Below are positions 8,413 through 16,925 of a DNA stretch of 32,000 nt, piece by piece. The notes beneath the pieces were generated by a model. The model made no database searches. It was not told where the DNA came from and saw only the letters and a list, made by a program, of their open reading frames with translations. The translations under genes were made by a program, and so were the position numbers. This stretch comes from Candidatus Electronema aureum (GTDB taxonomy: Bacteria; Desulfobacterota; Desulfobulbia; Desulfobulbales; Desulfobulbaceae). The stretch's first letter is position 1. Each line of letters opens with the position of its first letter. The stretch covers positions 14,014 to 46,013 of the forward strand of contig NQJD01000020.1 in NCBI GenBank assembly GCA_004284765.1, in the 5' to 3' direction.

Positions 8413-11031
8413 TCAAGTCCCCTGCACCATCTTAGTAATCCTCGTGTAATCCGTTTTTCCGCTTCCTAACAGCGGAATAGCCGCCACCCGCTGCACGGAG
8501 CGGATGTTGTGCAGCGGAGAAAGCCCCGCGTCACGGAGAGCTTGGTTTGCTTCCTGCCGATCTGTGGCTAAGGTGGTCAGCAGAACCAATTCCGGGTGCT
8601 GTTCATCGCCAGCAGCGGCCACTGCCAGCACTGGCCCGTCTCCTGCCGGGTAGTGCGCCTCCAGCACTTGCTCTATCGCGGGCAGAGAAATCATTTCGCC
8701 GCCTAATTTGACAAAGCGTTTCAGCCGTCCGGCAAAGACCAGCACCCCGTTCTGTTCATACACTAAGTCGCCGGTGTCATACCAAGAGTATCCGTCGAAG
8801 CGGACAAAGGGGTTGTTCGCATCACCGAGATAGCCGGAGAACACATTCGGCCCGCGCACCAGCAGCCGACCGTTCTTGCCCGGAGCCACGGGCTGGCCGC
8901 TCTCCACATCAAGGAGGACATAGTGCATCGAGGGCAGGACTTTCCCTATCGTGCCGGGCCAAGGATCATCAAGCGAGTTGACCGACACCACCGGCGAGCA
9001 CTCGGTCACGCCGTAGCCTTCGCAGAGCACGGCGCGCGGGCACTTCTGGCGCAACGCGGCAAAGATATGATCCGGGCATTTCTCCGCTCCAGAGAAGATC
9101 AGACGCAAAGATTGAAGCAGCTCAGGCTTGCCAGCGCGCAGCATACCCTGTAAAAAGGTCGGCGTGGCGATTAAAGCGGTCACGCCGTAGGCTCCGGTCA
9201 TCCGGGCCAGCATCGCGCCCTCAGTCGGATTGGGCCAATAGACCGTGCGCAGGCCAGCGCAGAGCGGCAGAATCACAGTTCCGGCCAAACCCAGCGAATG
9301 AAAGAGCGGCAGAATGCCTAAGAGGCGGTCGTTGGAGGATAAAGACAGCACCTTGGCGAAATCGCGGAGATTGGCAAGGAAATTGGCGTGCGTGAGCGGC
9401 ACTGCTTTGGGCCGGGTCTCAGAACCAGAGGTGAAGAGTATGGCTGCACTGTCAGCGATCTCGACTTCGCGGAGCTGCTGCCAGGAAATATAGCTCTTGA
9501 GCAGGGCGGCGAGCTTCTGGCCCGCTGAAATGCGACCCGCCATATCCTCTAAATACAGCCATTCCACCCCCACCTGCTCTAATTCAATCCCCTGCGTGGC
9601 TAATCTGCTGGTCAGCGCCCTAACCGTGATCACTTGCGTTGCGCTGACCACACCGAGCGAGTGCTTCATGTTGGCGGTGCCGCTCGTCCAGTTGACCATT
9701 ACCGGCTCTTTGCCGCTGAACATCACCGCCAGCCAGCAGATGACCGCGCTGACCGAGCCGGGGATCATAATGCCGATGCGCTTACCCGGCATTTTTTCGA
9801 TCTCCGGCAGCAAAGCGTAGATCGACATGACGATCTGCCGCCAGGTTTTATCGCCCCGGATTTGATCAGAAAGGATCACCTGACTCGGATTTTTCTTTGC
9901 CTGGCGCAGAAACAGCTCGGCAATGGTTGCTCCTTCCGGGATGGTCAGCGTTTTTTCCGGCACCGGTTTGAACCAGTGGGCGGAAACAGGCTTCAGCTCT
10001 GCTCCGGCTAAGGTCGGCATGATGCCGCCAGCGGCCAGAATGCAATCCGCGACCGTTTTCAAGGCTTCCAGATTGTCCGCAGCCACACCAAATTCCTGCT
10101 GAAGCCATGCGCCGAACTCTGCCAGCACCAAGCTGTCTAAACCAAGGTCTCCGGCGAGGCTGTCGTTCTCATGAAGAGGCCCTGCACCGGCCAGCTCCTG
10201 CAATTTATCCATCACTAAGGTATGGATGGAGGCAGGAATTTTGCCGAGATCGGTATCCGCGAATTCAGGCTGCGCTTCGTCGTGGTAGATCGGCGCAGAA
10301 CCTTGCCACCAAAAGAGCGGCACCTCGGTGTTCCGGTCAGGCGCGCGGTTGTAGAAGTCCTCTAACCAGCGGTTCATCTCCTTTTTGTCAGCGCGGCGCG
10401 GAAATTTTTCCGGCTCAATCAGCTCTAGTTCGACCTTCCGCCGAGGCGTGAAGAGGATGCCGTTCACCAGCACGGCGAAGAGCAGGCCGCTGATATTTTT
10501 CAGCAGCGACGGCAAGCCCTTAGCCCGGCTGTAGCGGCTGCCCCACAGCCCACGGATGCGGATGAGGACAATCCGCGCTTCCGGCACCGCATGAACGATG
10601 GAGGCCGCGCCGCTGTTGCCGCCGATCACCTCTATCTGGCTCCGGCTGATCCGGCCTGATGGATAAAGAAGGACGTTGTCGCCGCGCTTCAAGGCTGCGA
10701 TGATTTCTTCGATCCCAGCAAAAACTTGCTCTTTCACCTGCGCGCCGCCGGTGTTGAGGTCAGGAATGCGGATCGCCCGCATCTGGGCCATCAGCCAGCG
10801 GAACAGCGGGTGGTTCGTCTGCGTCTCGTCCGCGAGCGGGCGCGGCGTGAAGCGGCTCCAAAGTAGGCTCATGACAATCACCGGGTCAATCAGGGCCTGA
10901 TGGTTCGGTAAGAAAAGGATCGGGCGGTGATCGTCGCGGCTATTCTTCTTGAGTTCGCGCAACCCCTCCACGCGGATGCGGTAGCGGAGACGGAGCAGGC
11001 AGGCCAGCAGGAGATTGAGCAGGATTTTCAT
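8413..11031 (-). CDS. tri-domain protein: PlsC-type acyltransferase, then a carrier-protein (PP-binding) domain, then an AMP-dependent acyl synthetase (Aas-like)
   Basis: The N-terminal part has the HX4D acyltransferase motif (NHQALID) and YPSGRISR. The middle has a phosphopantetheine-site-like GDLGLDSLVLAEF. The C-terminal part has adenylation motifs: ILFTSGSETRPKAV, GYGVTECSP, YDTGDL, GRLKRFVKLGGEMIS and GSGKTDY. The ATG start has GAGG 7 nt upstream. Confidence 0.8.
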   Translation of the reverse strand: MKILLNLLLACLLRLRYRIRVEGLRELKKNSRDDHRPILFLPNHQALIDPVIVMSLLWSRFTPRPLADETQTNHPLFRWLMAQMRAIRIPDLNTGGAQVKEQVFAGIEEIIAALKRGDNVLLYPSGRISRSQIEVIGGNSGAASIVHAVPEARIVLIRIRGLWGSRYSRAKGLPSLLKNISGLLFAVLVNGILFTPRRKVELELIEPEKFPRRADKKEMNRWLEDFYNRAPDRNTEVPLFWWQGSAPIYHDEAQPEFADTDLGKIPASIHTLVMDKLQELAGAGPLHENDSLAGDLGLDSLVLAEFGAWLQQEFGVAADNLEALKTVADCILAAGGIMPTLAGAELKPVSAHWFKPVPEKTLTIPEGATIAELFLRQAKKNPSQVILSDQIRGDKTWRQIVMSIYALLPEIEKMPGKRIGIMIPGSVSAVICWLAVMFSGKEPVMVNWTSGTANMKHSLGVVSATQVITVRALTSRLATQGIELEQVGVEWLYLEDMAGRISAGQKLAALLKSYISWQQLREVEIADSAAILFTSGSETRPKAVPLTHANFLANLRDFAKVLSLSSNDRLLGILPLFHSLGLAGTVILPLCAGLRTVYWPNPTEGAMLARMTGAYGVTALIATPTFLQGMLRAGKPELLQSLRLIFSGAEKCPDHIFAALRQKCPRAVLCEGYGVTECSPVVSVNSLDDPWPGTIGKVLPSMHYVLLDVESGQPVAPGKNGRLLVRGPNVFSGYLGDANNPFVRFDGYSWYDTGDLVYEQNGVLVFAGRLKRFVKLGGEMISLPAIEQVLEAHYPAGDGPVLAVAAAGDEQHPELVLLTTLATDRQEANQALRDAGLSPLHNIRSVQRVAAIPLLGSGKTDYTRITKMVQGT

Positions 11032-11073
11032 GATCAGACCTCAGAGAAATGGTTGCAGGGCGAGACAGAACCT

Positions 11074-11140
11074 CTGTAGGGGCAGGCCCCAGTGCCTGTC
11101 CTGGCTGCTGTTGGGCAACCACAGGGGGTTGCCCCTACAG
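11074..11140. repeat. two inverted copies of a roughly 28-bp REP-like hairpin unit (CTGTAGGGGCA...)
   Basis: The left copy is CTGTAGGGGCAGGCCCCAGTGCCTGTCC. The reverse complement of the right copy is CTGTAGGGGCAACCCCCTGTGGTTGCCC. The outer 11 bp are identical. Each copy folds on its own (GGCAGGC/GCCTGTC versus GGGCAACC/GGTTGCCC). The pair lies 43-109 nt upstream of the Aas-like start codon. Confidence 0.8.
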
Positions 11141-11227
11141 CGCATTGCGAAATACGCATCCAGCGATGCGCGGAACCGGTCTCAAAACCGGATGAACGGC
11201 TCCGGCGGGCCGTTGAACTGATCCCTT

Positions 11228-11267
11228 GATACCGATGAACAGCACCTCGCATCTGTTCAACGGTATC
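11228..11267. other. long hairpin or palindrome in the metF / Aas-like intergenic region
   Basis: The sequence is GATACCGaTGAACAG-cacctcgcat-CTGTTCAaCGGTATC, a 14-bp stem with one A-A mismatch. A T5 run (11278-11282) follows on the plus strand only, 10 nt after the stem. Confidence 0.5.
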
Positions 11268-11354
11268 TTGCACTCTGTTTTTCGGATTGCCGTGGCGGTT
11301 CAGCGGCAGTCGTGCTGGAAAGAAGCAAGGGCAGGCGCAGAAATTTGCCTCTGC

Positions 11355-12827
11355 CTATTTTGTTTTCCGTACCCTTCCGGTAAATAAATTAATCCAGAAC
11401 GAGGTTTTTTCCAATGCCCAGTCCTTGGGTGGCAGCGGCGGCTGGGCTACCAAGAGAGCAAGGGTGGTTTGTGGAGCAAGGCGTTCATAAACTCGCACCC
11501 AAAAACACCGACGTTCTGGGAAGACTTCGCAGAAACCAGAACGACTACCACCGCAGGGACCGTTGACTAAACGCTTAGGACAGCCTGCTTGAGGACAAAG
11601 AAAGGTAGCACGTGCCAAAGTGCAGTCGCCGCACATCCGACAGTTGAATAGCACGCGCTTTACTGCCCGTTCTATCAGCGTTAGAGCCGCTGTTCGCCGT
11701 TTTCCTTGAGCGCAGTAAAGGCAAAAATGGGCGAAGAGTCTGCCGGTGAGCTGCTGCTGATCAAACATCAAGCGATGACTCAAAGCACGCATTTTGACTG
11801 AGCCGGGTTTTAAACCGGGCCGCAGCTGAGTTTCTTCCAGTATACTCGCTTTTTGTCGGTAGAAATACCACGTTTTTCTGAAGGGGAAATTCCAAGTTGC
11901 TGCTGGCAGCTCGGCCTCTTGATCGAATTGGATACATTTATCCAAGACCGTGCTGAGATCAGCAAAGCTCAGGCCGTTACCACCCAAATGTACTCCTTGA
12001 AAACCACTGCGCTTGAGCCGAGCAATCATCATCGCTGCCCGTTCAAGACGTACCTGACTTTGTCCTGCCGCTGCTTCGTGTTCTATCTGAGTCAACAGCT
12101 CTTCAGCAAGCAGCACGCCTGGCACTTTGCCAGCAGCCATTGCTCGCGCCACGGGCAACGAAGGAATAAAAACATTGGCCAGCACGGGTAAAGTGATACC
12201 ACTTCGCCGAACAAAGGTTATCAGCTCATTAAACTTGTGGAGATCAAAGCCCAGTTGACTGATGATGAAGTCTGCTCCAGCCTCTACTTTGTGCCGTAGC
12301 TGCACGTACTGCCAAACTTGCTCGGCCTCAGTTGCTTTGAAAGGCGAAACCACGCAGCCTTTAAACAGTGGCTGCACCTCTGCATCTCCGCCAAGGAAAC
12401 GGCCTTGCTCCATGTCCCGCAGGAGACGAAGAGTCTGGATGCTGTCTAAATCAAACACGGGCCGCGCTTGACCGTAATAGCCCGGCTTTGGAAAATCACC
12501 GCCCAGCACTAAAAGCGAGTGCAGACCTAATCGCTGATAGAGATAGATGTGACTAACCACCTGATCCCGGTTTTTATCCTTGAGGGAGAAGTGGATCAGC
12601 GGCTCAATACCGATGTTGAGCAGCTCTTCGCCAATGGCTGCCGGAGCCAAGGCTGGGCTACCGCCGGGATTATCTGTGACCGACAAAGCACTGACCCTGC
12701 CGTCTGCCTTGACGTGGCGAGCAAAATCAAGCATCCGCTCCACTCGTCTGCCACCGCTGCTTTGTCCAGGTACCAGCTCGTAGGTGATGATGAATTCATG
12801 CGGACGTTGAAGCGCTGTTTTGAGCAT
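11355..12827 (-). CDS. metF: methylenetetrahydrofolate reductase (MetF-like) fused to a C-terminal Cys-rich MetV-like domain
   Basis: The N-terminal ~300 aa match the MTHFR pattern (ITYELVPG..., SVTDNPGGSPA, LVLGGDFP). The C-terminal part, CRMCGDCTLARATFLCPQAGCPKRLVNGPCGG, parallels the stand-alone MetV-like protein at 28810-29478 ([32 protein letters not shown]). Confidence 0.75.
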   Translation of the reverse strand: MLKTALQRPHEFIITYELVPGQSSGGRRVERMLDFARHVKADGRVSALSVTDNPGGSPALAPAAIGEELLNIGIEPLIHFSLKDKNRDQVVSHIYLYQRLGLHSLLVLGGDFPKPGYYGQARPVFDLDSIQTLRLLRDMEQGRFLGGDAEVQPLFKGCVVSPFKATEAEQVWQYVQLRHKVEAGADFIISQLGFDLHKFNELITFVRRSGITLPVLANVFIPSLPVARAMAAGKVPGVLLAEELLTQIEHEAAAGQSQVRLERAAMMIARLKRSGFQGVHLGGNGLSFADLSTVLDKCIQFDQEAELPAATWNFPFRKTWYFYRQKASILEETQLRPGLKPGSVKMRALSHRLMFDQQQLTGRLFAHFCLYCAQGKRRTAALTLIERAVKRVLFNCRMCGDCTLARATFLCPQAGCPKRLVNGPCGGSRSGFCEVFPERRCFWVRVYERLAPQTTLALLVAQPPLPPKDWALEKTSFWINLFTGRVRKTK

Positions 12828-12983
12828 AATCTTTGCAGCAAATGGGAAAAAGAACGAGATGCAAGGTCAAGATGCGATACTCTTGCGCCTGCTCAAGAAC
12901 GTAGGAATGACAAAAAGAAGCCTGATGAATCAAAAGGAACGTACAACAGAAGTGCTACGCGGGAAGATGATGCTGCGGAATAT

Positions 12984-13059
<76 letters not shown>

Positions 13060-13176
13060 TCCAAACGGAGGCCATAATAGCCTTGATTTGTTCTGCTGTC
13101 AAGCGGTAATTTCCACAGAAAAGTCGGAATGCAGAAAAAAACAATCAGCTGTTGACCGCCTGCTGCTGAAAAGGGC

Positions 13177-13205
13177 TTGCATTTTTTGCAGGGGAGATGT
13201 ATGAA
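13177..13205 (+). promoter_or_regulatory. candidate sigma70-type promoter for rpmB
   Basis: TTGCAT (13177-13182), a 17-nt spacer, then TATGAA (13200-13205), about 48 nt upstream of the rpmB ATG. Confidence 0.4.
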
Positions 13206-13252
13206 TAACAATTCAAAATTTCACGAACAACCCCCTGCAAGGAGAACATATC

Positions 13253-13447
13253 ATGTCGTATAAATGTGAAATCTGTGGAAAAGGCCCGGCCACTGGCAAT
13301 ATTGTCAGTCATGCACACAACAAAAGCAGACGACGTTGGCTGCCAAATTTGCAGACAGTTCGCTCTGTCAGCGGCAGCGGTCGCACGGCCCGCATCCGGG
13401 TTTGTACCCGCTGTATTCGTTCCGGCGCGGTGGTTAAGCCTGCTTGA
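13253..13447 (+). CDS. rpmB: 50S ribosomal protein L28
   Basis: MSYKCEICGKGPATGNIVSHAHNKSRRRWLPNLQ... is the typical short bacterial L28 pattern. An AAGGAG RBS lies 8 nt upstream. Confidence 0.9.
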   Translation: MSYKCEICGKGPATGNIVSHAHNKSRRRWLPNLQTVRSVSGSGRTARIRVCTRCIRSGAVVKPA

Positions 13448-13470
13448 TCTTTTGAGAGCGCAGTGTGTGC

Positions 13471-13510
13471 AAAGGGCGCGGAGAGCTTCTTTCCGGCCCT
13501 TTTTTTATTT
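13471..13510 (+). terminator. rho-independent terminator after rpmB
   Basis: AAAGGGCGCGGAGAG...CTTCTTTCCGGCCCTTT forms a stem of about 12 bp with one bulge, followed by TTTTTTATTT. Confidence 0.75.
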
Positions 13511-13535
13511 CATGACCTTGTGACAGGAGGAACTT

Positions 13536-13790
13536 GTGAGCAACGAGGAAATACGTTTTTTGCCTTTTGATGAAGCCAGTCAGTTAGTCGGTGCTATTCA
13601 AGAGGAAGAGGATGTTGATGACCCGGATCACCGTATTTTTACGGTGTACTCCAAGGATGATCGCGAACTTTGCTGGTTTGACTTTGATGAAGTAGTCAAG
13701 GATGTTAAGCCGGTCAAAGGTGACAAGGGGCGGGAGCAGGTGACAGAATACATTCTGCACCGTATTCCCGACTGGGTGCTTGATCTGTAA
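13536..13790 (+). CDS. hypothetical acidic protein, 84 aa
   Basis: The GTG start has AGGAGG 6 nt upstream. The protein is strongly acidic (EEEDVDDPD, FDFDE). A GCCGCTGCT/AGCAGCGGC hairpin follows at 13796-13818. Confidence 0.6.
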   Translation: MSNEEIRFLPFDEASQLVGAIQEEEDVDDPDHRIFTVYSKDDRELCWFDFDEVVKDVKPVKGDKGREQVTEYILHRIPDWVLDL

Positions 13791-13966
13791 TAGAAGCCGC
13801 TGCTTCCGTAGCAGCGGCGTTTCCGCAGTTCCCCCGCAGTTGAGGCCAGTTGTGCTATCAGCGTTCTGATGAGAATATTTCCTATTCCTACCCAGTACGT
13901 TCTGTTATACTACCGAGTAGCGCAAAAGGACCATCAGCACAGGAGGAACTCAATCGGCAGGAACTC

Positions 13967-15079
13967 ATGATCATCAAAGGTTATTCATCAATTCCTGAAC
14001 GACTGCATTTAGTCGTTACTGGCGAAACCGGCAAGGCTCTGTCTTTTGTTATTGAGCGGGATCGGGCCGCAGTAATTCTGGCAGTGCTGCTTTTTCTCAT
14101 GACTGCTTTAACCGTTGGCACTTGGTTAGGAACACGGTTCTTTCAGGAAAAAAGAGTGCTGGCTGTCAAGGCGGTTAGCCAAGAACGAGAGCTGAAATCC
14201 TTTCACAGCGATTTTGAGGGGCAGCTCCAGCAAGAGCTGGCTATTCGTGAGCGCAATTGGCAGGAACAGGCTGCTGCTTATCAGACCCAGATCAACTCAC
14301 TTCAACAGGAAAAAAAAGCTACTGCCCAGCACTTCAGCGCAGAGCAGGAACGATTGATCTGCCGCTACGAAGAAGAACTATCCACTATCAGCACCGCTGG
14401 TTCAGCGAAAACAGCGCATCTACTGGCCGAGTTGGAGCAGGCGCAACAGGACAAGCAGGAGCTGATCGAGAAAACTGCGGGCCGTTTAGATGAGCGCAGT
14501 CGGATGATCGAAACCATGATGAGCCAGATCGGCGTGGATGTCAAGGTGAGCAAAAAGCCTAACTCCAACAGCGGTGGCCCCTTTGTGGCGGTAACTTTTG
14601 ATGAACGCTCCAGCGAGCGGCTCCTAAATCGGAGTGATCGCTATATCAAGGCGATCCAGCAGATGCCCTTAGGTCTGCCCGCACGAGGCAGAATCACCAG
14701 TGGTTTTGGTCGTCGCAGCGATCCTTTCAACGGCCTGCTTGCTTTTCATGCCGGGATTGACTTCAAGGGCGGCATCGGCGACAATGTCACAGCGACTGCC
14801 GAGGGCGTGGTGAAAGAAGCAGGCTGGGATCAGGGTGGATTTGGCAATTATGTGGTTGTGCGACACGGTAATGGCTACGAAACTTTGTTTGCCCATTTGA
14901 GTAAAACGCTGGTCAGTACAGGTGACGCAGTCAGTCGGGGAGATGCAGTCGGACTGTTGGGTAACAGCGGTCGCTCCACCGGCCCCCATTTGCATTATGA
15001 AGTTCACTACAAAGGCAAAGCGGTTGATCCGGAAAAATATCTTTCCGTCGCCGATCTTTCGTTTATTGTGCCTATGTGA
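13967..15079 (+). CDS. M23 family (LytM-type) metallopeptidase with an N-terminal transmembrane segment and a coiled coil
   Basis: The C-terminal part carries M23 motifs: HAGIDF, GNYVVVRHGNGYETLFAHL and GNSGRSTGPHLHYEV. The central region is Q/E-rich and coiled-coil-like. The start is uncertain; the ORF track begins at a TTG at 13850, and I prefer the ATG at 13967. Confidence 0.8.
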   Translation: MIIKGYSSIPERLHLVVTGETGKALSFVIERDRAAVILAVLLFLMTALTVGTWLGTRFFQEKRVLAVKAVSQERELKSFHSDFEGQLQQELAIRERNWQEQAAAYQTQINSLQQEKKATAQHFSAEQERLICRYEEELSTISTAGSAKTAHLLAELEQAQQDKQELIEKTAGRLDERSRMIETMMSQIGVDVKVSKKPNSNSGGPFVAVTFDERSSERLLNRSDRYIKAIQQMPLGLPARGRITSGFGRRSDPFNGLLAFHAGIDFKGGIGDNVTATAEGVVKEAGWDQGGFGNYVVVRHGNGYETLFAHLSKTLVSTGDAVSRGDAVGLLGNSGRSTGPHLHYEVHYKGKAVDPEKYLSVADLSFIVPM

Positions 15080-15101
15080 CAGGTGATGAGGAGATTGAAC
15101 A

Positions 15102-15587
15102 ATGGGTTTATTCAGCAAGGAAGAGAAGGCAAAACCAAAAACAGAACCCGCCGCTGCTGCGCCGCTGCCGGAGAAAAAAATTGTGAAAAACGACAAAGAC
15201 CCGATTGAGAGTGTGTTGGCCAAAGAAATGACTATTAAGGGCGAAGTTTCCTTTAAAGGGAAGGCCCGCTTCGATGGCACTATTGAAGGTAATATAACCG
15301 GAGAATACCTCATTCTCAGTGAAACAGCTAATGTCACCGGCAATATCGATGCGGCCACATTAGTTTGCCACGGCAGAGTGCAAGGTAATATCACTGCTGA
15401 GATCGTCACGGCTCATGCCACCTCCTCAATCAACGGTATTCTTAAATCAGAAAATCTGACTGTGGAATCCGGGGCTTCCTTAGATGGCGAAATTCATGCC
15501 AGTTCCCGTAAGCAGACTCAGGTTTCTGGCCCTGATCGAGCAAAAATTCTGCTAACCCCGCCGATAGCTGAAAATCCGAAGAAATAA
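15102..15587 (+). CDS. bactofilin family cytoskeletal protein
   Basis: The repetitive beta-helix pattern IKGEVSFKGKARFDGTIEGNITGEYLILSETANVTGNIDAATLVCHGRVQGNITAE is typical of bactofilins (CcmA/BacA-like). A GAGGAG RBS is present. Confidence 0.8.
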   Translation: MGLFSKEEKAKPKTEPAAAAPLPEKKIVKNDKDPIESVLAKEMTIKGEVSFKGKARFDGTIEGNITGEYLILSETANVTGNIDAATLVCHGRVQGNITAEIVTAHATSSINGILKSENLTVESGASLDGEIHASSRKQTQVSGPDRAKILLTPPIAENPKK

Positions 15588-15620
15588 CGCTGGGCAGCAT
15601 GACAGCTCCCAGATGAAGGC

Positions 15621-15663
15621 AAGCGGAGGCGGTCCGAAGAGGACGGCTTCCGCTTTTTTCTTT
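15621..15663 (+). terminator. rho-independent terminator after the bactofilin gene
   Basis: AAGCGGAGGCGGTCC-gaaga-GGACGGCTTCCGCTT forms 13 Watson-Crick pairs, 1 G-U pair and 1 mismatch. It runs into TTTTTTCTTT. Confidence 0.8.
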
Positions 15664-15722
15664 GCGGCATTCGCAGTTTTTTTCCGCCGCTGTCTGTGGT
15701 AGAGTATAACCGTGTGAAAACG

Positions 15723-15753
15723 CTGTAGGGGCAACCCCCTGTGGTTGTGTCCC
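15723..15753. repeat. third copy of the REP-like unit seen at 11074-11140
   Basis: CTGTAGGGGCAACCCCCTGTGGTTG (15723-15747) is identical over 25 nt to the reverse complement of 11116-11140. It lies upstream of the first pilT-like gene. Confidence 0.85.
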
Positions 15754-15819
15754 GCAGAGCTTCCCGGCTCGCCGGAAAAAAGGCAGGCGCAGGGGCCTTC
15801 CCTTACTGGAATGTGTGCT

Positions 15820-16881
15820 ATGGCGATATTGGACAAGGTGTTCAAAGCGGCGGTTGATCTGAAAGCCTCTGACATTCACGTGCTGCCCGGCGAGCCGTTT
15901 ATGGTGCGGCGGCTCGGCAAAATGATCCGGCTGAAAAGCCAGCCGCTCACCGACGCAAGCTGCCGCAAGGTGATTCTGGAGATTTTAAACCCGGAGCAGC
16001 AGCGCGTCCTCCGCGATGAGATGCAGTTAGATTTCGCCTATGACGTGGAAGGCTTGGGTCGTTTTCGAGGCAGTGCTATGTTTCATAACAACGGCCTTAG
16101 CTGCATCTTCCGAGTTATTCCGGGCAAAATTCCTTCCTTCAAAGAGCTGGGTATCCCGGATGTAATGCACAAAATTTTGGAAAATCACCAAGGCATCATC
16201 TTGGTGACAGGGGCAACAGGCCACGGCAAGACCACCACGCTGGCTTCAATGGTTGATCACATCAACAGCACCAAGGCGCATCACATCCTGACTGTTGAAG
16301 ACCCAATTGAATTTGTCCACCCGCTCAAGAAAGGGGCGGTGAATCAGCGGCAAATCGGCAAGGACACCTTGGCGTATGCTAACGCCCTGAAAGGTGCGCT
16401 GCGCCAAGACCCGGACGTGATTGTGATCGGCGAGCTGCGCGATCTGGAAACGGTCTCCTTGGCTATCTCTGCTTCGGAAACTGGCCATTTAGTTATCGGC
16501 ACTTTGTCCACCTCCAGCGCGCCAAAAACCGTAGATCGGATCATTGACTCCTATCCTTCTGGTGAGCAGAATCAAATCCGGGCTATGCTCAGTGAATCTC
16601 TGAAAGCGGTCTTTACCCAGCGATTAGTGCCCAGCGCGGATGGCTCCTGTATGCATATGGCTGCTGAAATTATGCTCGGCAACCTGTCTATTGCTAACCT
16701 AATCCGTGACAACAAAACCTACCAGATTCGCTCCACTATGCAGATGGGCAGGGCTTCTGGCATGAAGCTGATGGATGAGTCGGTGCTGGAGATGTTGCAG
16801 CAGGGGAAGATCACCTATGACACTGCTAAGGCCAACATCGACAAGAAAGAGCTGCTAAAGCCCTTTGCACCCAAAGCCTGA
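15820..16881 (+). CDS. PilT/PilU-family type IV pilus retraction ATPase paralog
   Basis: It has ASDIHV, Walker A GATGHGKTT, TVEDPIEF, Walker B VIVIGELRD and GHLVIGTLST. The start is placed at the ATG at 15820 (MAILDKVFKAAVDLKASDIH); the upstream extension in the ORF track overlaps repeat sequence. Confidence 0.85.
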   Translation: MAILDKVFKAAVDLKASDIHVLPGEPFMVRRLGKMIRLKSQPLTDASCRKVILEILNPEQQRVLRDEMQLDFAYDVEGLGRFRGSAMFHNNGLSCIFRVIPGKIPSFKELGIPDVMHKILENHQGIILVTGATGHGKTTTLASMVDHINSTKAHHILTVEDPIEFVHPLKKGAVNQRQIGKDTLAYANALKGALRQDPDVIVIGELRDLETVSLAISASETGHLVIGTLSTSSAPKTVDRIIDSYPSGEQNQIRAMLSESLKAVFTQRLVPSADGSCMHMAAEIMLGNLSIANLIRDNKTYQIRSTMQMGRASGMKLMDESVLEMLQQGKITYDTAKANIDKKELLKPFAPKA

Positions 16882-16925
16882 AACCAGATCATCACGAGCG
16901 GGACAGAAATCCACGGTAAAACATC

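Noticed and set aside
13187-13239. An 8-bp inverted repeat, TGCAGGGG...CCCCTGCA, abutting the rpmB RBS, as a possible L28 autoregulatory leader.
   Set aside because: The left arm lies inside the spacer of the best promoter candidate, so it would not be transcribed. The arms are short enough to arise by chance.
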